DNA from: Parasitella parasitica NRRL 2501 | Lineage: Eukaryota; Fungi; Mucoromycota | Length of the DNA: 64,000 nucleotides | Reading direction: 5' to 3' | Assembly (NCBI GenBank): GCA_025201805.1 | Contig: MU619240.1 | Coordinates: 141,603 to 205,602 of the forward strand | Shown here: positions 55,984 to 64,000 of the stretch, in pieces | Layout of the letters: each line of letters begins with the position of its first letter | How positions within the stretch are numbered: the stretch's first letter is position 1 | The notes under the pieces: generated by a model | Told to the model about the DNA's origin: nothing | The model's input: the letters and a program-made list of their open reading frames with translations, nothing else | Databases searched by the model: none | Translations under genes and position numbers: made by a program

Positions 55984-56441
55984 GAATTAAATTTTTCAAA
56001 CTGATAAAATTAAACAAAAAAAAGAAAGAATTGCGATACTGATATTAATGTGCAACTACACTTGCAGCAAAGCATTTAAGGGCCGTCAGTAGGACAAGCA
56101 AAGTTTTCCTTGCACTCTTCAAGCAGTACGCCGGTACGAAACTTCATCATGGACGATAAAACGTAAGAGGCGAAAAAGGTCTATTTGAAATATACATATG
56201 CTTCCGCCCCCCATCCCTTAACCTCATCTTGCAAAGGGCTGTGGTTTGGTGACAACTCAAACTATGAAGGGGCTGGGTCAATCACTGCATGCCATTTTAA
56301 TGTCTCTGTAGCACTCCAACCATTCATCACAACAAAATAACGAAATAAGCATAAGACAGCATTCGAACTTTATTTTGGCAAATTACAATATTATAAACAA
56401 AAAAATTCTGTTAAATCCTATATAGTTACTGTAGATGAAGA

Positions 56442-58730
56442 TTAATTGCCGTTGCCAGTAGGATAAGTAGTTATTTCATGGTTTCGTAAGACCTTGTCAA
56501 CCAAAAAAGCGACACGTTGGCCATATTTTGATCCACGGAGAGACACCATATGACGCTTAATCAAGCGACAGATGTATACCTTTTGTTCTTCACAAGCATT
56601 GTTGATCAGCCATTGGACTACGTAATTGCCATATTGATCAGACGCAATGTCAATCAGTGCCATTCTGGGTCGACAACTAGCATTGTTGCTTGAAACGTAT
56701 TGAATAAACTTTTTCATAAATCGCTGTCCACCAATACGAAGCGCTCTTTCGACTACCTTGGACGCAAACTGATCCATGGAGAGCTGGACGCTTTCATTAA
56801 TGACAATTTGGAAGGCGCGTTCCCGGTCGTCATTCTTTTCAGCGTGTTCAAGTACGTGCTGAACCACCCAGTTCCCCCACTGTCCTTTAGCAATGGGTAC
56901 GATGTTATCGAGAACCTCATTTAGAATAGGCCGCTGTACGCATGTATTTTTAGCCGTTAAATAGTGAGTAGCAGAGTGGTTTGTTTGTATGTTTACCTTG
57001 TCGATTTCTGTCATGTTTTCAAATATGTTTTGGATGACTAAACTGCCTGTTTCGTCCAGTGCAACTCTATCCCATTGATTTTTGAGTGCCTGGTGAATGT
57101 GTTTCATGATGGGAGGAGGCGAACCGTGCCATCTAATTTCAAAGACCTTTTGCCACACATGACAAGCATACTTGTGTGTAATTGTTTCAGGGATGCGCAC
57201 AAGCAGCTCGGACACAAGACTAGCTTTTGAAGTCTCGTCCACACAATCTAACGCCCGTTGTACCACATGGCAGCCGAAAGGTTCACATGTCAACTCCAAG
57301 ATATGACCCTTCATCTTTTGAACTACTGCCTCTATTTGTTCCGTCGTACCAAGCTCAAGCTGTCGCTGTATAAGGAAATTTCCGAATCTGTTTGTCATCA
57401 ATTCGTAAGCCTGGTCAAGTGTTGCTTTGAATATGAGCTGCTTCTGTTCTGCAGTGGCGCATTTTAGTTTCTGTTGCATGAAAATAGAAGCCTGTTGGTC
57501 TGTTTCCTTTGTGATACGATCCACCAGCACCTGTAAAAAAAGAAAAGGTGTTGAGTGTCTACTGTCCAAGACATAAGAATTGCACTACTTACGCTCCAGT
57601 CGATATTTGCATTCTTGTCCAGCATACGACGATATTCAATCGAGTTGGGATTGGTTTTTCTGTCAGCTGCTACAACTAGTGTGGTGTGATTAGAAACAGA
57701 GCCCAATGAAGACGAGCAGGATTTCTATCATATGATCAATACAAAAGATCTTTGCCACAATTGTAGACACAAACTTACATCTAATGCAGAGTTTGACATA
57801 TCGATTTCCATGGTACCAGAATGCCTGCGACTCGGAGCATCTTCACCAAGTTCTAGCGTTCTATGGGAACAAGTAAATACAAGTACATAATAAAATGCTT
57901 CTTCAGATTACCGTGAATCGGAAGATTCTTCGCCTAAACACGACAGATCAAGCCCCTTTGACTTTATAAAAGATTGACACAGTGCCAGTTGGCATACTTT
58001 CTCGTTTAACTTTTTTGACATGGTTTGTTCTTGATCTTTATATTCTAGATCTTTGTTTGCCAATGTTGTTTGCATATTGACAATTGTCACACGTTGCTAA
58101 ATAATCAGCAATATAAATAATAAATTTATATGGCTTGTAAACAAAACTTACTCGTTCAATCTCCATGTCCTTTTGGTTCATCTGTCTTATCAAAGTCTGG
58201 ATGACTTCATTCGCTTCCATCAATTGGTTTTTAGCACTCAATTCGTCAAATGTCGGCTGAAATAACTGTTCGCTCTACGATGTGTGGATTAGGATTATTT
58301 CATAAAACAAGGGGCGTAATGGAGTTACCTTTCTCTGATGTTGTGGGTGATACAAGAAAGGAGGTTCCATTTTAAACAGATCATCTCTTGCTGCTGATGC
58401 CAAAGACTCGTTTCGTGGTGAAGGTGTCCTGGTGCCTGACGATTCAACATCTGCCATAATGCCGTAGAATTCTGGCGAGAATTGATTGGCATACTGGTGT
58501 TGGTGCTGGTAATTTTGATGATTAAATGCATCTGCATTGCTGTAAAATGTATTGAAGATATCATTATTTTTCATTGGTGCATTGGTAACAAACAGGGAAG
58601 GTGTATGAAAAGGCGAATCAAATGTATCAAAGCTAAATTTGTTGTTAAATTTTTGCGATGCTGCTGTGATAGATGGCGGACCAGAAACCACTGCTACCGA
58701 TTTAGACGTAGTAGCAGACCCTGATAGCAT
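56442..58730 (-). CDS. Pumilio/PUF RNA-binding protein (Mpf1/Mcp2-like) with N-terminal coiled coil
   Basis: DQQASIFMQQKLK, TNRFGNFLIQ, FGCHVVQRAL, QWGNWVVQ, DQFASKVVE and DQYGNYVVQ repeats. Confidence 0.9.
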
Positions 58731-59946
58731 GTTTTTGTTTGTTCTTTTGATAGAATACGCAAAAGAAAGAGAAAAAGAGCTTCAGTCAAAGAAATTCCCG
58801 TATAAACCATGTAGTGTAAAATGACTTTTTTTTCTTTTTCGTTCATTGCCACTGAATCCATTACACACAAATTCGAGTTCACCCCTTATTGCGTATATGC
58901 ACATGTAATAAATAATAGTATTACCTGCTAGCACGTTGACATAGATTCACGGCATCCTCTCGTATTACTGAAATAACATCATCTTTCATCATTGATCGTC
59001 GAAGCTATTTAAAATCATTTATTATTATTAATTTTAAATACCAAGTGATTTGAAATTTATATTTTTGCCCTGCTCCCTTATTTATGTAATCCCTTTTAAT
59101 AGCAACATGTACATCGATTCGCAACTTGATGTGAGCTCTAAATCAAGATGGCATAATCCAAATTAAAATGGCGCAGTAGCTAACTTTTCAAGATTATGCA
59201 TAAATAAGCTCCTCAACTTTTTATAATGCTTTGGCGCATCTGACGCGGTAATTGATTAGAGATTTCATTAAAAATTAGGAAGATTCTTCATTGTAGCTTG
59301 ATGAAGCCATGCATGTTGTTCTTACTAGATAGAATACCTGCAACTTCCAACTGCAATTTTGGGTTTTACAAGCATTGGTTCTAAAAAAAAGTAACATTGT
59401 CTTCAAAATGAAATTGGTTGTTCATGTTCTACGCTAAAGAAAATTACTTAACCGCCTGTTCTTTTTTTAAGTTTCAAAAGGTGATAAATCTATTGAAGAT
59501 AAATGCAATCTTGTCATTTAAAGTCTCCGCGCTCAAACAAGGTTCATTGTTACATCAACAAGCAATTTTAGACGTATCAATGCAGATCAACCTCATTTCT
59601 CTAAAAGTATGGTTACATGATGCGCATTTCTATTTGCCAAAATGAGAATATCATGGTTAATTTTTTTTACCAGCCATAGGGCTGAAGCCACCCAAAGTAA
59701 ATACAGAAATATCAAAACAAGCATATCAGTAATCTGCAACTTCTTTTTTTCCTTGTGTGTGTATTTCAATGTTCTATTCTAATTTTTGTGAAAAAATATA
59801 TAAAAAGAGCGAAAAAAAAAAAAAGGAAACTCGCATTTTTTATACATAAAAAAGTGTTTGGTGAATATTTTTTGATTGTAATGTACGTTAGTAGAGGGAG
59901 AAAGAAAATGGCGAATATAGATCAAAGAATAAGTAAATCATTGCGT

Positions 59947-61025
59947 TCAGTTGGCGGTGGCCAATAATTGCAAGCGTTCAGCAACAGAAAGTTGGGTACG
60001 GGTCATATTTGCAAGGTAAACAACCATCAAAAGATCTTGCAAATGAGAATTGAACATCTTTTCAAATGATGCACTATCAATCTTCGGGACAACAGAAACG
60101 GTATCCATAATATACCTGCCAATAGCGTTGTTGGGGGCCATGCTACCATCCTATTCGAATTATCAAAAAGGATCAGCAATTAACATCCTTCTTTTACCCA
60201 TATAAAACAACTTACAACAACACTATCGACGTATTTGCTAATTCTTTCCAACATCTCTTGAAGTTTAGTAATGGCAATTTCGAGATGATCCATGTCTGAA
60301 ATCAAAGGGGCAGAACGAGACTCATTGGATTTGGCAGATGAAAGCATATCCACTTCATTGAGCAATGAAAACATTAACATCAGCATATCTATACACCCCT
60401 GGATTTTCAAACTTACATCCACTTCTTTCGGCATCGAGATATTTAACTTCACAAGGAACGGGTAAAAATAAGCAATCTCCAGAATTGGTAGAGAACCCAA
60501 CAGGAGCACTAAAAAGTATCCAAATCAGTGGCTATTCTGGCACATTTCTCCATTTACTTGCCTAGAATAAGCACGAAGACCCATATCTGAAGTCTTAATA
60601 AGAGCATCCGTATCTATGGTAACATGAATAGGTTGGAAAGGAGCAACATCCTCAACAAAGAAAGAATGGACGGGTGAACAAGCAGGAGACAAGTCTGCGC
60701 CAGCAGTATACCAACCCAAAATAACCTCTTCGGGATTGACTCTCTGATGTAAGTCGTACATATTACGGTAATGCTCTCTATCCAAAACAATATCCTTTCC
60801 CTCTAATTTGTAGATCAAGGGCATGACATTTCTAATCTCGACTTCGCTACCGTCTTGAGAACGAACACCCAATAGGGCACCAATGACTTTTTGTTGAGAG
60901 TCATCACGACGTAAGAAATGGTCCAAAACAGAAAATAAGACAACAGGACTGGTAGTGGTGGTGAAAGCACGTTGATGAGGTGCACTGGACAAGTTGACAG
61001 TCAATGTATCTAATTTGTTGGCCAT
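59947..61025 (-). CDS. Translation initiation factor eIF3 subunit F (MPN domain), 4 exons
   Basis: PVVLFSVLDHFLRR...VIGALLG, VNPEEVILGWY and C-terminal FNSHLQDLLMVVYLANMTRTQL. Confidence 0.9.
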
Positions 61026-61629
61026 TTTGAATCGCTGAAAGATTTGCTATTGAGTAAGAGGATGAGAAAAGATTTCAAGAAAAAAGTTTTATATCTTGAG
61101 GCGATTCAATCATGACTGCGAAACCCTATTGAATTGATTGATTTGACGAAGCATGGCGATGTGTATAATCTAGTTATTGATGTACAAGAGTAAAGGCATT
61201 TGGTCTAAACAAAAAGGCAATGACTTCAGTATGTTGGTCTCTTTTAAAAAATACTATTTGCACCATCCAAAAAAAAAAAAAAATTCAACATTCACTAATG
61301 AAACCTTAAAATAACTATCAACAATATTCTCTTGGCCCCTTTGTGTCTATCGAATTAGTTTATAAAATCGTGTCAAGGCTCATGTTCTGTTCATATTTGT
61401 GTCAAAATGTGTTAAAACGTGTGAAAATTGAATAGTCGAGTCTAACAAAGTCTGGATAAGCCAATTTCATGAATCCAAAATGGTGTTATTTGGTTCAAAT
61501 ATCAATTCTAGGATGAAAAAAACAATAGTATTCTTAGATAATAATCTTGTTGAATAGTACAAAACCAATGCTTGCATATAATGTTGAAAAGGTATCGCAA
61601 CAACCATTATCAATGCTGTATCTCTGTGT

Positions 61630-61850
61630 TCCTGTGTCTCAGGGTTACCATTGAAGACATACACCTAGTCATCCTCTTTATAAGCTTTTTATAACATATG
61701 ATACAATCTAAAGCCTTCAGCACCCTCCTACATGATCATTCTCATAACTTTGGTCAATCTGTGGAAAGCTCACTTTAAATTTACCTTCAATCGAATTTCT
61801 TTCACTGCAGCCTCTACTGTGAACCACATCCGAGCTGATATCTCATGAAG
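61630..61850 (+). mobile_element. Degenerate 3' fragment of a non-LTR (LINE-like) retrotransposon ORF2
   Basis: Broken translation FLCLRVTIEDIHLVIL../YNI*YNLKP...ILITLVNLWKAHFKFTFNRISF...IRADIS resembles the W-x-AH-aromatic C-terminus I recall from Mucorales L1-like ORF2. It contains a stop and a frameshift. Confidence 0.5.
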
Positions 61851-62374
61851 ATAACGATATTTATTGACATTGTGATAATAAGTATATAGAAGGAAAGAAC
61901 GACAAATTAATTCACTAGAGTTGAGTTGATCTGGATGCTAATCATATTTACATGTGTTACGAGATTTACTACTAAAAGAATTGCCATTCGTACGCATGAT
62001 CAATTGAATGACTACAAAAGTTATTGCCTACAAAAACGCTTTTGATTTTCTAAAACGCAGAATCGAGATTTAACCTGGAAAACATAGCGAAAGAGGATCA
62101 GCACTATCAAATAAAAGTATTTCTATAAATAAGAAAGCCGATATCTCTATATATAGCTATGAACAGAAAACACAAATTTTCATAGAAGTGAAAATACAGC
62201 AGTATATTACTTTATGATATGATGTTTTGCTCTTTGATACGAGTTTGTATTATATTGACAACTGGTTTTAGAATTAATACATCAGCCTGCATTACCATTT
62301 CCTTCCCGAAGGTAATACGCAAGAACTTGTTATCTCAAAGAATATACTACTACGCTTCCTGGCCTACCGCAAAA

Positions 62375-62415
62375 ATATTATATGATTGAGTATTAGATAC
62401 TCAATCATATAATAT
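62375..62415. repeat. Perfect 19-bp inverted repeat with 3-nt loop
   Basis: ATATTATATGATTGAGTAT-TAG-ATACTCAATCATATAATAT. Confidence 0.92.
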
Positions 62416-63559
62416 CGTATCTTAACTGTCACTAGATATCGTAATAATCTCAGTTGTCATGGCAGCAGCAAGATTGGCGAATTTTATCAACTTTCAAGGC
62501 ACGGCAAACTACTAATATGTTATATCAGCTCATATTCTTAGACTAACTTTACAATAAAAAATATCAAACTATTGCAATCAATAGAATGTCTTGTATGCTA
62601 CCTTCTATCTAGTTCAACATGTTCTAAATTGTGGAGCTAAAGCTATTGATAAGTGATTCACATTCATAATAATGATTAGCGAATAAAATATAGAGATAGG
62701 AATTAATCTGACTACCACTGATGTGTTATGATCCTGGTTAACAATTAAATGTCAAACAGGATGTAATTTCTTCACAGAAAATTGATTCATGTAGATTTAT
62801 TCTATATAAATAGACTATTATGTCAAAATTCTGATAAAATAAATCTGCCAAAGAATTAACTTTTATTCATAATATATCCCTTGATGTATTATATTGTCGT
62901 GTGGTGGCGCATGCCAGGTCGTCTCTTTGCCCCCCACATAGTAGTCAAACGATCGAATACTCCCCCCGTATAAATATTATATAAATTATCATAGTTAAAC
63001 AAATAAACAAGAGTCTTTATTCCCCTTAACCATTAGTTTCGGTAACTTTGGTTATATCTCTGTTGTGTGTTGTATATTCGTATTGAGTAATCGCTTAGTT
63101 TTAAATCCTATATCAGGTAAATATCGGTCCACGCAACAATAAACACATTCATTACACTAGGATTCTACTGTCTAGCTGCATAATGTAAATCATGGCTACC
63201 CATGATTTACTGTAAGACCCTGGGACTGATTTGAGAGCCTGATGTGAGACCTTGCCATGTTATTGATATAACAGTCGGTAGCAATTATCCACAAAATAAG
63301 AGATCGACACACACTTTTATCCCTGAGCTTGTTGAAACCGAGATATTTTTTGATGGTGCCTTCTGCAACTTCAACCAAAAATACCTTTTCAATTTGCAAC
63401 AACATAAAGATTCCAGGATAAAAACACTTCGACGACACCATTTTAAATACATAACTATATGATTAACATTCTTGTAAAAATCACGTGACAACTGCCTTTT
63501 TGAGAGTTAGTGTGGCATAAATTCATTATTAAATATATACACTTCTTTTAAATAAGATT

Positions 63560-63632
63560 GGGGCTATGGCCCAATGGATAAGGCGTCTGACTACGAATCA
63601 GGAGATTCCAGGTTCGACCCCTGGTAGCCTCA
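63560..63632 (+). tRNA. tRNA-Arg, anticodon ACG (intronless)
   Basis: Acceptor stem GGGGCTA/TAGCCTC; A-box TGGCCCAATGG; anticodon arm TCTGA-CTACGAA-TCAGG; T-loop GGTTCGACCC; a T-run Pol III terminator follows. Confidence 0.96.
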
Positions 63633-64000
63633 TAACTTTTTTTGAAGTAACAAAAAGTGAGACGTTTCCAATATTTTTTTTCTTCTTTCAAAAAGTTATT
63701 TGTGATGGAGTACAATTATCTAGTAGTAACGCGTCGTGATAATTCTAGATTCAATAAGGCAAATATATGTATCATTTAAAAGAAGAGCTTTATTCAATTT
63801 GACATATCAACTACTATTTATATTGCTTTGAAGTTGAGTGGTGTCAAAACTAAAATGTACGACAAAAAGGATAGAATGATGTGCTTTATCCATATAAAAA
63901 GGCCGCATATGCCATATCTAACTTAGTCATAATGCACGGATTATGATATTAATTTTTGGTAGTTCTTTTACAAAAAAGAATTAAGCTACAAGTTGTAATT

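Noticed and set aside
56110-56150. SECIS-like or hammerhead-like fold
   Set aside because: No apical AA and the helix is too short for SECIS, with no in-frame UGA gene upstream. The hammerhead CUGANGA core is missing.
62901-62915. GTGGTGGCGCATGCC, resembling the SRP RNA/Alu domain
   Set aside because: Only a 15-nt match. The downstream sequence is AT-rich and lacks the conserved SRP helix 8.

Overview
Gene-dense, intron-rich, AT-rich fungal DNA. The short (~50-80 nt) GT-AG introns and the gene content suggest Mucorales (Mucor-like); this is an inference. I reconstructed about 22 protein-coding loci by hand: a truncated putative bHLH factor, ALA1, RRP4, ATG26/UGT51, HEM1, SEC20, RLI1/ABCE1, two paralogous DUF4203/TMEM198-like membrane proteins, a small Zn-ribbon protein, POL5, an SRSF7-like SR protein, a divergent Rom-type RhoGEF, an NRAMP transporter, cytochrome P450 reductase, a 107-aa stand-alone GAT-like gene absent from the ORF track, an intronless 1031-aa WW protein, an NHA1-like antiporter, CEX1/SCYL1, a Puf protein and eIF3f. 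There is also one tRNA-Arg(ACG), a decayed Pex24p-family pseudogene, a LINE-like remnant and a perfect 19-bp hairpin. Most of the window is ordinary housekeeping sequence, and I cannot support a complete novel multi-gene system. The best leads are: (i) a poison-exon/alternative-acceptor arrangement in the SR gene; (ii) a USPL1-like Zn module without its protease; (iii) the paired 7TM proteins with a conserved, possibly Kex2-processed Cys-containing ectodomain; (iv) the hidden GAT-only gene; (v) an SreA/Fep1-type GATA cluster upstream of the NRAMP gene. All family assignments come from motif recognition, not from searches.
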